A stretch of 64,000 nt of DNA from Vulcanimicrobiales bacterium (GCA_038215615.1 JBBQQR010000003.1:1-64000), one strand, 5' to 3'. Positions 39,996 through 49,392 are shown, numbered from the stretch's first letter. Notes: a model not told the origin generated them from the letters alone. A program made the numbers and translations.

Positions 39996-40784
39996 ATCGA
40001 GAAACGGGCGGATATCTTCTTCCGCCACTTCCATGCCGACGCCGCGCGTATTGTAGCGGATGTCGTGAAAATCCGACCCGCCCGTCATCACCAAACCGTA
40101 TTGTTGCGCGATCCCGCGGAAATGGTGCCGCAAATTGGCGTCGTGCGTCGGATAAAACACTTCCAAGCCGCGCAAGCCACGCTGCGCTAATTCGCCAATG
40201 ATCGATTCGTCCCGCAAACGTCCGGGATGCGCGAGCACGGGTACGCCGCCGGCCGCGAGAATTGCGTCGACAGCTTGGTGCGGCGTGATGTGCGTTGAGG
40301 GCACGTACCCCGGCGTTCCGCCGCGCAAGAATCCGCGAAACGCGCTCTCGATGTCGGAGACGATGCCTTTACGGATGAGCGCTTTACCAACATGCGGCCG
40401 GCCTAACGTTGCGTTGGGCGCTGCCTCCGCTTCCACGTCTGCGAAACTGATCTCGTGACCCGCTTCGCGCAGTTGCGTCACGATTTGGCCGACCCGCACA
40501 CGTCGCGCTTCGCGGTTTGCTTCGATGACCGCGGTCAACGGCGATGGACCCGTCTGCAGCCCGTATCCCAGGATGTGCACTTCGCCGCCGGAATGCGCGG
40601 CGTTAATTTCGATGCCGGTCACGACGCGCAGGCCGGGCACGGGTTCGAGCCGATCGAACGCGGCGAGCGTATCGTGATCGGTGATCGCGAAAATCTGCAC
40701 GCCCCGCGTGCGCATGAAGTCGCGAAGTTCGGAGGGTGAGAGGGTACCGTCGCTCTCGCAGGTATGCGAGTGAAAGTCGACTAG
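39981..40784 (-). CDS. PHP domain metal-dependent phosphoesterase; no canonical start
   Basis: VDFHSHTCESDG lies upstream of the first ATG (40715); ITDHD, GIE, HILG, GRPH, LAHP, GGSDFH. Confidence 0.88.
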
Positions 40785-41092
40785 CGCTGCGCTTCCCCTT
40801 CCAAACGGCGCTCGATCCGCAGCGAGATGCCGGTTCGCTCGTTGCCGTCTATTTGCACATCTATAAAGGAAGGCACGCAGCTTAAATCCATCTGACCGGC
40901 CAAGTAACTGCGCGCGATCGCGATCGCCTTGACCGCCTGATTGATGGCGCCTGCGCCGACCGCTTGCAGCTCCACACCGGGCCGTTCGCGCAGAACGGCC
41001 GCCAAGGCTCCCGCCACCGAGTTGGGATTGCTCTTGGCTGAAACTTTGAGGATATTGCTGGTGATGACCGGTTTTGACGGATCCTCTATCAT
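40781..41092 (-). CDS. spoVS: Stage V sporulation protein S family
   Basis: LKVSAKSNPNSVAGALA...QAVGAGAINQAVKAIAIAR. Confidence 0.96.
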   Translation of the reverse strand: MIEDPSKPVITSNILKVSAKSNPNSVAGALAAVLRERPGVELQAVGAGAINQAVKAIAIARSYLAGQMDLSCVPSFIDVQIDGNERTGISLRIERRLEGEAQR

Positions 41093-41883
41093 GCTATGCC
41101 TCGCTGAAAAATTCGCTTGATCTCCGTCGCGCGCCCGGAGTCCACATCGATGATTACGACCGCCGCACAAAACTGTTTCGTGCCGGTCTTCTCGACTGAA
41201 AACCTATCCGAAAATCCAGTGATGAAGCGATCTAAGACGGCTTCCGACTCCATTCCGATGATGCCTTCGGTCGGCCCGGTCATGCCAACATCACTGATGT
41301 AGGCGGTTCCGCCCGGCAGAATATGTTCGTCCGCGGTCTGAACGTGCGTGTGCGTCCCGTAGACCGCCGCGACTTTGCCGTCTAAGTACCGGCCGAGTGC
41401 AACCTTCTCGCTCGTCGCTTCGGCGTGCACATCTACTACGATGACGCGCGCCTGCGCGCTCAGGTTTGCAAGCGCCGCATCCACGGCCCGAAACGGATCG
41501 TCCACCGGTGGCATGAACGTCCGGCCCATCACGTTTATGACTCCTATCGTCAAGCCATTGGCCGAAAACGTACCGGTGCCCCGGCCGGGAACGCCCGGCG
41601 GGTAGTTGACCGGACGGATGACTCGGTCACTCGATTCCAGGTACGTCTTGAAGTCGCGCTTGTCGAGAATGTGGTTTCCGCTTGTGATGAAATCGACGCC
41701 GGTCTCGAACATTTCTTCGGCGGTCAGCACCGTCAAACCGAATCCGCCGGCAGCGTTTTCTCCATTTGCGATGCACGCGTCGATCTTGTATTGATCGCGC
41801 GCCATCGGGAGGCAGCGTTTGAGCGTTTCTCGTCCCGGCGATCCGACGACGTCGCCCACCAGGAGCAGATTTAGTCTCTTTAT
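41089..41883 (-). CDS. ymdB: YmdB / TIGR00282 metallophosphoesterase; start likely non-canonical
   Basis: LLVGDVVG, NGEN, GNH, DVHAEATSEK, GTHTH, DVGMTG. Confidence 0.93.
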   Translation of the reverse strand: MKRLNLLLVGDVVGSPGRETLKRCLPMARDQYKIDACIANGENAAGGFGLTVLTAEEMFETGVDFITSGNHILDKRDFKTYLESSDRVIRPVNYPPGVPGRGTGTFSANGLTIGVINVMGRTFMPPVDDPFRAVDAALANLSAQARVIVVDVHAEATSEKVALGRYLDGKVAAVYGTHTHVQTADEHILPGGTAYISDVGMTGPTEGIIGMESEAVLDRFITGFSDRFSVEKTGTKQFCAAVVIIDVDSGRATEIKRIFQRGIA

Positions 41884-42425
41884 CGGCGGGCCGGAGCCTT
41901 TTTCTTTCGCGATTTCAAGAAGTACACGAGCACATGTTTTTCCTCACGGAAGCCGACAAGACTCTTTGACTGCGCGGGATCCCGTAACGCTTCGACCGCG
42001 CACTCGACCAGTTCATCCTGCGCCACCGGATCCTCATCGGGATGTTCGTCGGGTACGGTGTTACGCACCAGCGCCGCTCCAAAGAGCTGCGCGAAGAGTC
42101 CGGTCAGCATGCCCAGTTCGTCTTTGGTGAAGGTATCGAGGTCGCGGCTCACATGCACGAAGCTCAGCGCCCGCTCGGATTCGCACTCCACGCTCAAGTC
42201 GCCGCCACCGCCCGAGAGTGCCTGGAAACCCTTGACATGCGCTTCGATCTCCTCGCCGATCGCGCGTTGAGTCTGCCGGTCCATCCGCTGCCCGATGGCA
42301 AAGGTGAACCGCACCATGCCCTCGCTGGGCATCGAGCGGATAGACGCAATCTCAGGATAGCGCACGAGCAGCGCGCACACCAAATTGACGGTATCGCTAT
42401 TCTCGACGGGCGGCCGGGCGGTCAT
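41880..42425 (-). CDS. Conserved-looking hypothetical protein heading the ymdB-spoVS operon
   Basis: AAGGA SD; LLVRYPEI...LVGFREE..VLVY. Confidence 0.8.
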   Translation of the reverse strand: MTARPPVENSDTVNLVCALLVRYPEIASIRSMPSEGMVRFTFAIGQRMDRQTQRAIGEEIEAHVKGFQALSGGGGDLSVECESERALSFVHVSRDLDTFTKDELGMLTGLFAQLFGAALVRNTVPDEHPDEDPVAQDELVECAVEALRDPAQSKSLVGFREEKHVLVYFLKSRKKKAPARR

Positions 42426-42453
42426 GATCGATGCTTCCTTCGTACCTGTCTTT

Positions 42454-42524
42454 GGGCTGTGAATCGCTGGGGGGTCCGGTCTCTTAGACATCCGCTCCAG
42501 AGCCCCCCTTTGCTATTCACGCCC
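42454..42524 (-). promoter_or_regulatory. Long imperfect hairpin in the 5' leader of the ymdB operon
   Basis: GGGC/GCCC, GTGAAT/ATTCAC, G6/C6 and TCTGG/CCGGA stacked stems; G-U pair favours the minus strand. Confidence 0.5.
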
Positions 42525-42593
42525 TCTCCAACCAACAGCGAGGGGGGTCCGGTTGCCGGGGGGCCGCCACCGTCCCTCGCGAAGCCCCCAGCC

Positions 42594-43139
42594 GTGAGCA
42601 AACGCCTGCCGCTCTGGCTCGCCGCAGTCGTCCCATCGATGGCGGCCGGCCACGTCGCGGGCTACGCGCTATCGGGACTAAGCTCGGCCGACGGCCGGCA
42701 TGGCTGGCTCTCGCCCGCCCTTGAAGTCTGCGGAGCCGCGCTGATCGGCTTGGGCGCGCTCATCATCGCGAGCACCTTGCTGCGCGCCGGCGTCTTCCGT
42801 CGATCGCAGATCGAAAGCTCGGTGTTGGCGCTGGCGCCGCGGTTGGCGGCATCGCAGCTCGTGCTCTTCGTTGCGGCAGAGACATTCGAAGGGCGCAGCA
42901 TCACGCCGGCCGGCATCGCCACGCAGATCGTATCGGCGCTGCTCGCCGCGTATATGCTTTCGCTATTCAGCAGAATCATCGAACGCTGTATCGCCGGTGC
43001 CGCCGAAGCCGGCAGCTATCTCGACCGTCTTGCCGCGGTCACCGCGGCCTTCTCGCTCATCGAATCCGCGCCGCGATCCCTTGCGCTTTTCGCAAGTGCA
43101 GGCAACAGCCGTTTTCAGCGACCTCCTCCGTTCGCGTAG
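42594..43139 (+). CDS. Membrane leader protein with C-terminal RFQRPPP arrest-like motif
   Basis: About 4 hydrophobic segments, GH..GY and HGW motifs, ends QRPPPFA* 39 nt before the next gene. Confidence 0.8.
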   Translation: MSKRLPLWLAAVVPSMAAGHVAGYALSGLSSADGRHGWLSPALEVCGAALIGLGALIIASTLLRAGVFRRSQIESSVLALAPRLAASQLVLFVAAETFEGRSITPAGIATQIVSALLAAYMLSLFSRIIERCIAGAAEAGSYLDRLAAVTAAFSLIESAPRSLALFASAGNSRFQRPPPFA

Positions 43140-43171
43140 TCATTACGCTCTTGACTACACTCAAACGGAGG
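43125..43171 (+). promoter_or_regulatory. Shine-Dalgarno-sequestering hairpin
   Basis: CCTCCGTT (43125-32) pairs with AACGGAGG (43164-71); GTAGTCA (43136-42) pairs with TGACTAC (43152-58). Confidence 0.8.
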
Positions 43172-43178
43172 TATTCGC

Positions 43179-44948
43179 GTGTTGCAACGCATTTTTGCAG
43201 CCGCAGTTCGCGCGACGTGCGCGACTGTGGCGATCACGGCAGCCCTCGCCGGCCGGGCTGAAGCCGTTCCCGTCTTTGCCAATGGGCAAGGCGTCTCGTG
43301 TCAAACCTGTCACACCACGTTCCCGGGCATGACGCGCTACGGCATGATGGTGATGATGACGAATTTTCAAATTCTCGACCGTCACTCTCAAGACCAAGCG
43401 CTGCCAATCGCAGTGCGTATGTACGTGGATTCGGTGCTCGGCACGGGAGATCAAAAGGGATACACGCAGCTCGGCGATCTCTCGCTGCTGGGCGGCGGTT
43501 TTCTCGGAAGAAACTTCACGTGGTACGGCGAGCAGCACATCGTCGATTCCGGCGTTATCGGCCAAACCGAACAGGTGTGGCTTTCCTGGAACGGCTTGTT
43601 CGGCGGCACCAACTCGCTGCAGGTCGGAAAATTCCACACGCCGTTCCCGTTCATGCCGGCGCACGCGTGGACGCCTTCAGGCTACCTCCTAGCATTACAA
43701 ACCACAGGGCAGAACGATTTCAATGCCGCTGAAGCGCGCTGGGGCGTTGCCTTTTCCGGCATGAGTAACGAATTCATGTACAACGCTTCGTACCTCACCG
43801 GAAGCGGTCCGACGGGCGAAGCGCTCAACTTCAACAAGAACTCGCATCCCCGCGCATACGACTTCAACGTCTCGTATGGCGGTATGCAGATTCCGTGGGA
43901 GCTGGGATTGGTGGCGATGCGCGGCGACGCGCCGGTGGTCGATCCGGACTCCGGCGATTTTCTCTTTAGCGATCAGTGGACGCGCCAGGGAGCCTATCTC
44001 TCGTATCAAGACAGCAAGTGGCACTTTCAAACGATGTACTATCGCGGAAACGACACACAGCCGGACGTCGATACCCTGAACACCACATCGAACGGCTTCT
44101 TCTTCGAAGCGGCCCGCGATTTCGCCAAAGACCACGTGCTGGTGCGGTACGACGTCGCCTCGAGCGATTCGCTCGACCGGCAATACCTGGTGGACGTTTC
44201 ACACAACTTCCAGCCGAATCTCGCGCTGATCGGTGAAGTCCGGATGGTGCCGGCGCAAAAACCGCAGATCATGTTTAGGCTTGCGTATGCCGGACCGTGG
44301 GAAAACGGACGGCGAATTCTTTCCAACGGACACGACGTCTCCACAAACTTCACAGCGCAGCCGCAGTTGCATCCTGCGCAAACGCTCCCGGGTGCCGTGG
44401 CTTCGCCCCTTCCCGCAACGCCGGCCGGCGGCGACGCAAACAATGGGGCGCAACTCGTGCAATCCAACGGCTGCGCGGGCTGTCACGGTGCGGGCCTGAA
44501 GGGCGGGCGAATCGGACCCGTGCTGTTCGGCATCGAACACCACATGTCGAACGATCAGATCGCGGACTTTATCATACATCCGCGCGCGCCGATGCCGAAC
44601 TTCGGTTTCAACACCGCGCAAGTCTCGGACATCGTAGCGTATCTCACGTCACTCGACGGCGGCATCAACAATACTGCGCCTGTCGTCACGTTCTCGCCGG
44701 CGGCGCCGACCGATTTCGCAACGATTAGCGTGACGTTCCCGGGAACTCCGCCGGAAAGCGTCCGGGTTCTTCCGGTCATGCGCATGGGAACCAGCACGCA
44801 CCACACGGCGATGGTCGAATTGCAACCGCTGCCGTCGGATCCGCACACGTTCACCGGCCGCGTCGCATTTTCGATGGGCGGCCCCTGGATCGTACACATC
44901 CAATACGGCCGGCAGGAGTTGGACGTCCCGCTCAACATCGGGACGTAA
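43179..44948 (+). CDS. Cyc2-like cytochrome-porin fused to a second cytochrome c and a YtkA/FixH-like domain
   Basis: Signal peptide, AVPVFA.....CQTCHTTFP.MT.YG, amphipathic beta-strands, Pro/Ala linker, GCAGCH...PMP, then MRMG..HH...FSMGGPW. Confidence 0.82.
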   Translation: MLQRIFAAAVRATCATVAITAALAGRAEAVPVFANGQGVSCQTCHTTFPGMTRYGMMVMMTNFQILDRHSQDQALPIAVRMYVDSVLGTGDQKGYTQLGDLSLLGGGFLGRNFTWYGEQHIVDSGVIGQTEQVWLSWNGLFGGTNSLQVGKFHTPFPFMPAHAWTPSGYLLALQTTGQNDFNAAEARWGVAFSGMSNEFMYNASYLTGSGPTGEALNFNKNSHPRAYDFNVSYGGMQIPWELGLVAMRGDAPVVDPDSGDFLFSDQWTRQGAYLSYQDSKWHFQTMYYRGNDTQPDVDTLNTTSNGFFFEAARDFAKDHVLVRYDVASSDSLDRQYLVDVSHNFQPNLALIGEVRMVPAQKPQIMFRLAYAGPWENGRRILSNGHDVSTNFTAQPQLHPAQTLPGAVASPLPATPAGGDANNGAQLVQSNGCAGCHGAGLKGGRIGPVLFGIEHHMSNDQIADFIIHPRAPMPNFGFNTAQVSDIVAYLTSLDGGINNTAPVVTFSPAAPTDFATISVTFPGTPPESVRVLPVMRMGTSTHHTAMVELQPLPSDPHTFTGRVAFSMGGPWIVHIQYGRQELDVPLNIGT

Positions 44949-46363
44949 TGCGGCGGTCGTCCTTCCTGATGGCGAGCGGCGGCGCGATGATCGTCGCCGC
45001 CTTGCCGCCGCTTTCCGAACGCGGGCGTGCGAGCGAGTTGGTGCAGTACACGCTCACTGCCGGCCCCGTTCGTTTCTCGCCGGTTCCCGGCCTCAATTTT
45101 GCCGGTCTCGGCTATAACGGCACTATTCCCGGTCCGCTTTTGCGCGTGGTTCACGGGCAGAAGCTGCGCGCGAGGTTCATCAACCAAACCGGACAAGGCT
45201 CGACCATTCACTGGCACGGCATGATCTTGCCGAACAAAATGGATGGATCGGAAGGGGTGACGCAGCCCGCCGTTCCGCCGGGCGGATCGTTTCTCTACGA
45301 GTTTTCACCCGAACCGCCCGGCACGCGCTGGTATCACGATCACGTCAGCGATGGTTTGCTGCGCGGACTCTTCGGCATGATTATCGTTGAGGATCCGCGC
45401 GACCAGCGCCCCGATGCGGAATTTGTGCTCGTTTTCCACGACGTTCCGAAAATGGCCACGGTTCAACCAGCGATGATGGGAGTGGGCAACGGCCCGATGA
45501 CCGATCCAACCGGTTCGCCCGAGCTCATGCAAATGTCCGACGACAAGATGGGCGACGAGGTCGCGTTCAGCGCGCATTGCATCAACGGCGCTTCATATCC
45601 GGATACCAAACGGCTGGCCGTAAAAGTCGGCCAGCACGTGCGTCTGCGCATACTCAACGCCAACCCGACGCAAACGCGCTACGTCCGGCTTGCCGGACAC
45701 CGCCTGATCGTCACGCATAGCGACGGCAATCCGCTTCCGCGGCCCGTGGAAGTCGACGCGCTTCGCGTGGGAGTCGCAGAACGGTACGACGCATGGTTCG
45801 AAGTCAGTGAGCCCGGCGCATGGCTGCTGCAAGGCCTTTCGAGCGACCCGCTCGCGTTCGAGCAGGCCGCCGTGATGCATACTCCGGGAATGGAAAACGC
45901 TCCGCCGCTCAGCAGCCCGCAATCGCTCGAAGGCGTGGACTATTTCACGTACGTGAAAGCCGGGGGAGCGGGAACCGCGACGCCGGCGCAGCGCGGGAAA
46001 CAGTACGATTTTATTTTGGACGACGGAAAATACGGCAGTTCGCGCTGGACGATCAACGGAAAGACCTATCCGAATACGCCAAGGATCGACGTGCACCGCA
46101 ACGATCTCGTCACCGTCCGTTTCACCAATAAGACCGATATGGACCATCCGATGCACCTGCACGGCCACGTTTTCGAAGTGACCGAAGTTGACGGGATCCC
46201 GCTCGCGCGGCCCCTGCCGAAAGACACCTCGCTGGTGCGTGGGAACGGAGGGACGCTGAGCTGGCGTTTTCGTGCGGACTCTCCCCCCGGCCGCTGGCTG
46301 CTGCACTGCCACAACGCGATCCACATGATGGACGGCATGATGACGCTGGTGCAGTACGGATGA
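44948..46363 (+). CDS. Tat-exported multicopper oxidase
   Basis: MRRSSFL Tat motif; HWHG, WYHDH, HPMHLHGH, HCHNAIH....M. Confidence 0.95.
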   Translation: MRRSSFLMASGGAMIVAALPPLSERGRASELVQYTLTAGPVRFSPVPGLNFAGLGYNGTIPGPLLRVVHGQKLRARFINQTGQGSTIHWHGMILPNKMDGSEGVTQPAVPPGGSFLYEFSPEPPGTRWYHDHVSDGLLRGLFGMIIVEDPRDQRPDAEFVLVFHDVPKMATVQPAMMGVGNGPMTDPTGSPELMQMSDDKMGDEVAFSAHCINGASYPDTKRLAVKVGQHVRLRILNANPTQTRYVRLAGHRLIVTHSDGNPLPRPVEVDALRVGVAERYDAWFEVSEPGAWLLQGLSSDPLAFEQAAVMHTPGMENAPPLSSPQSLEGVDYFTYVKAGGAGTATPAQRGKQYDFILDDGKYGSSRWTINGKTYPNTPRIDVHRNDLVTVRFTNKTDMDHPMHLHGHVFEVTEVDGIPLARPLPKDTSLVRGNGGTLSWRFRADSPPGRWLLHCHNAIHMMDGMMTLVQYG

Positions 46364-47469
46364 TGATTCTTCAGGCGCTGGAGCTGGCTGCGGGCATGTT
46401 TTGGCAAGTCGCCTGGAGTCTGGTGCTCGGTTTCTTTCTTTCGGCCGCGATTCAAACGCTGGTCTCGAAAGAGCGCATGACCGCGCAGCTCGGCCGCAAC
46501 GGCGTGCGCGAAATCGCGCTCGCAACCGTTTACGGTGCGGCGAGCTCTTCCTGTTCGTACGCCGCCGCGGCGATGAGCAAGTCACTCTTCAAAAAGGGCG
46601 CCGGATTTATTCCCTCGCTCGCGTTTCTCTTCGCATCGACCAATCTCGTCGTCGAGCTCGGCATCATTTTGTACCTGCTGATGGGATGGCAGTTCACTGC
46701 AGCGGAGTGGATCGGGGGCGTTCTGCTGATCGCGATCATGGCGCTGATCGTCAAAGCGACGTATCCCGCGGCGTTGATCGCGGAAGCTCGCCGTCATCTA
46801 GACGAGGCCACCGGCGAGGACGAAACCGTCGCCGGTGAAACATTTTGGGACAAACTGCGTAATCCGCAGACCCCGGTCACGATTGCGCAGACATTCGTGA
46901 TGGACGTTTCCATGCTGTGGAAAGATTTGGCAGCCGGGTTCTTGATCGCCGGCGCACTTGGCATTTTCGTGCCCGCCGGCGTGTGGGGCACATTCTTTCT
47001 GCATGGCGCGCCCGCGGGAGTTCAAATCGTCGCCAACGCGATCGCCGGACCGCTGGTGGCGATCGTTTCGTTCGTCTGCTCGATCGGCAACGTTCCGATG
47101 GCGGCGATCCTATGGGGGAGCGGGATCAGTTTCGGCGGCGTCTTGAGTTTCTTGTTCGCCGATCTGATCGTGTTGCCGCTGCTCGACGTCTACCGGCGCT
47201 ATTATGGCTTGAAGATGGCCGCCTACATCGGCGCCGTCTTTTTCGTGACGATGGTCGCGGCTGGGATCATCATGCAGTACGTCTTCGCAGCGTTCGGGGC
47301 GGTCCCGCATCCCAATCCGCATATCCGCACCGAACTCTCGCTCTTTGCGATCAACTACACGTTTTGGCTGAACCTCGCACTTGGCGCCCTGGCGATCGCG
47401 CTGTGGTACGTGAACGTCAAACATCCGATGTCGCACAGCTGCCCCGCTCACGAGGGCCACGCCCACTAA
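46360..47469 (+). CDS. DUF318/ArsP-type permease with His-rich tail
   Basis: SSSCSYAA, ASTNL, FVCSIGNVP, C-terminal HPMSHSCPAHEGHAH. Confidence 0.88.
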   Translation: MMILQALELAAGMFWQVAWSLVLGFFLSAAIQTLVSKERMTAQLGRNGVREIALATVYGAASSSCSYAAAAMSKSLFKKGAGFIPSLAFLFASTNLVVELGIILYLLMGWQFTAAEWIGGVLLIAIMALIVKATYPAALIAEARRHLDEATGEDETVAGETFWDKLRNPQTPVTIAQTFVMDVSMLWKDLAAGFLIAGALGIFVPAGVWGTFFLHGAPAGVQIVANAIAGPLVAIVSFVCSIGNVPMAAILWGSGISFGGVLSFLFADLIVLPLLDVYRRYYGLKMAAYIGAVFFVTMVAAGIIMQYVFAAFGAVPHPNPHIRTELSLFAINYTFWLNLALGALAIALWYVNVKHPMSHSCPAHEGHAH

Positions 47470-47486
47470 CGGCAAACGTAAACCGC

Positions 47487-48515
47487 ATGCACTTTCTCGG
47501 ACGCGGACGCGTCGTGGTAACTGGCGGAGCCGGATTTATCGGCAGCGCACTGGTCTGGGCGCTCAATCTGCGCGGTGTCGACGACATCCTTATCGTCGAC
47601 AGACTCGACCAATCCGAAAAGTGGAAAAATCTCGTCCCGCTGCGCTACCGGGACTACATGGACGCAAGCGATTTCGAATCCGCGCTCCTTACGCGGCCTG
47701 GCGATTTTCGGGAAGTAAGTACGCTGCTGCATTTAGGCGCTTGCTCGTCGACCACCGAAACGGACACGGCGTTTTTGATGCGCAACAACTACGAGTACAC
47801 CAAGCACCTGGCACAGTGGGCGATCGAACACGACGTCCGTTTCGTGTACGCTTCTTCCGCAGCAACCTACGGCGGACTCGAACGCAACCTGCGCGACGAC
47901 TCCGAACTCGACGCGTTGCGGCCGCTGAACATGTACGCGTATTCGAAGCATCGCTTCGATCTATTCGCACGCGACAACGGCTGGCTCGACAAAATCACGG
48001 GCCTGAAATACTTCAACGTCTTCGGACCGAACGAGCAGCACAAAGGCGAGATGCGCAGCTTGGTCGACAAGGCTTTTCACCAAATCCAAGAGACGGGCAC
48101 CATACGTCTATTCAAAAGTTACCGCAGCGAGTACCGCGACGGCGAACAGCGGCGAGACTTTCTTTACGTCAAGGACGCGGCGGAGATGACCCTGCACGTG
48201 GCCGACCGCGAAGCTTTCGGACTGTTTAACCTCGGTTCGGGGCAAGCGCACACGTGGCTCGATCTGGTGCGCCCGATTTTCCGTTCACTTCGCGTGCCCG
48301 AGCGCATCGAGTTCGTCGACATGCCGGCCCAGCTGCGCGACAAGTACCAATACTGCACGTGCGCCACGATCGACCGGCTGCGTGCCGCCGGCTACGAGGG
48401 GCCCGTGACGGAACTCGATTGCGCCGTTGACGACTACGTTTCCAATTACTTGCTGCCCGGCCGCGGCCTCGACCCGCAGGCCGAATCGTCCGCCGCACTT
48501 AATCGCAGCGCATGA
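47487..48515 (+). CDS. hldD: ADP-L-glycero-D-manno-heptose 6-epimerase
   Basis: TGGAGFIGS, HLGACSSTTE, ASSAATYG, PLNMYAYSK, YFNVFGPNE.HKG.M.S. Confidence 0.95.
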   Translation: MHFLGRGRVVVTGGAGFIGSALVWALNLRGVDDILIVDRLDQSEKWKNLVPLRYRDYMDASDFESALLTRPGDFREVSTLLHLGACSSTTETDTAFLMRNNYEYTKHLAQWAIEHDVRFVYASSAATYGGLERNLRDDSELDALRPLNMYAYSKHRFDLFARDNGWLDKITGLKYFNVFGPNEQHKGEMRSLVDKAFHQIQETGTIRLFKSYRSEYRDGEQRRDFLYVKDAAEMTLHVADREAFGLFNLGSGQAHTWLDLVRPIFRSLRVPERIEFVDMPAQLRDKYQYCTCATIDRLRAAGYEGPVTELDCAVDDYVSNYLLPGRGLDPQAESSAALNRSA

Positions 48516-49270
48516 GTTCTCGCGCAGATCGCCGCCGTCACCAGCGTGGCGGCTCGGGGCCGCCGGCGCGCCGCGATCCCATGGTCCCGGTGTACATTGG
48601 CCTCGCCGTCTTCATCGTTCTGGTATTCGTGGGCTTCGGCATCATGTCGGCCTTGCAAAATTCAAAGCGCAACGCCCAGCAAAGTTTCGTGACAGCAACT
48701 CCGACGCCGGGACCCAACGCAAGTTCCAAGCCGATCAAGCTCAAAGATGGCGGAGCCGTCGGCGCGCGAGTCTTTCCCACGCCCGACCCCGCGCATGGGT
48801 TCATCGGCGACACCATCGTGGGCGGCCGTAGCCTGCCCGTCGACAACATTCCATGCCAAAGTTCAGAGGCAGCCGTCCTGCACGTGCACACGCACCTCGC
48901 TGTCTTCAATCACGGCGTTCAAGTGCAAGTGGCCCCGTATCTGGGCATGGCGTCGCTCTCGCCAACGCAGGGCTGTCTGTATTGGATCCACACGCACGAT
49001 CCGAGCGGCATCATTCACATCGAAGCGGGCAGCATCGTTTCGCCCAACGGCGGAAACTACACGCTCGGAAACTTCTTCGACATCTGGGGCCAGCCGCTGA
49101 GCCGCACACAACTCGGCCCGTTCAAAGGCCCGGTCACGGCTTTCGTCAACGGATCGCAGTACAACGGCGACCTCGCATCGATTCCGCTCCGCGCCCACCA
49201 ACAGATCGTTTTAGAGGCCGGATCGCCGATCGTGCCTCCGCCGAATTACACGTTCCCCTTCGGGGACTAA
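48512..49270 (+). CDS. Membrane-anchored hypothetical protein with clustered His motifs
   Basis: N-terminal TM; HVHTHL, CLYWIHTHD.SG.IHIE, TLG.FFDIWG. Confidence 0.85.
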   Translation: MSSRADRRRHQRGGSGPPARRDPMVPVYIGLAVFIVLVFVGFGIMSALQNSKRNAQQSFVTATPTPGPNASSKPIKLKDGGAVGARVFPTPDPAHGFIGDTIVGGRSLPVDNIPCQSSEAAVLHVHTHLAVFNHGVQVQVAPYLGMASLSPTQGCLYWIHTHDPSGIIHIEAGSIVSPNGGNYTLGNFFDIWGQPLSRTQLGPFKGPVTAFVNGSQYNGDLASIPLRAHQQIVLEAGSPIVPPPNYTFPFGD

Positions 49271-49392
49271 GAGGGCACCATCCGCCATTCCCGCAAAATT
49301 TGCGACTTTTTAGAACTCGACAGGATGTCGACTTCAAAACTTTGTTTTCTCGAAAAAGCGCCTAAGTAGCAAAATTACACGGAGGTAATTTT

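Noticed and set aside
40781..40810. Programmed -1 frameshift fusing SpoVS to the PHP protein
   Set aside because: The -1 frame is open but there is no X XXY YYZ slippery heptamer or evident stimulator near the junction; non-canonical initiation or a point change is simpler
40781..41092. spoVS as evidence of endospore formation
   Set aside because: SpoVS occurs in many non-sporulating bacteria and no sporulation-specific genes are present
42432..42450. SRP RNA-like CAGG...GGAAGCA motif on the minus strand
   Set aside because: One base short of the domain IV spacing, no closing stem, and it coincides with the SD of the 42425 gene
43179..44948. Claim that the organism is an iron oxidiser
   Set aside because: The Cyc2-like motif is divergent and the context is copper-flavoured; physiology cannot be inferred from this alone
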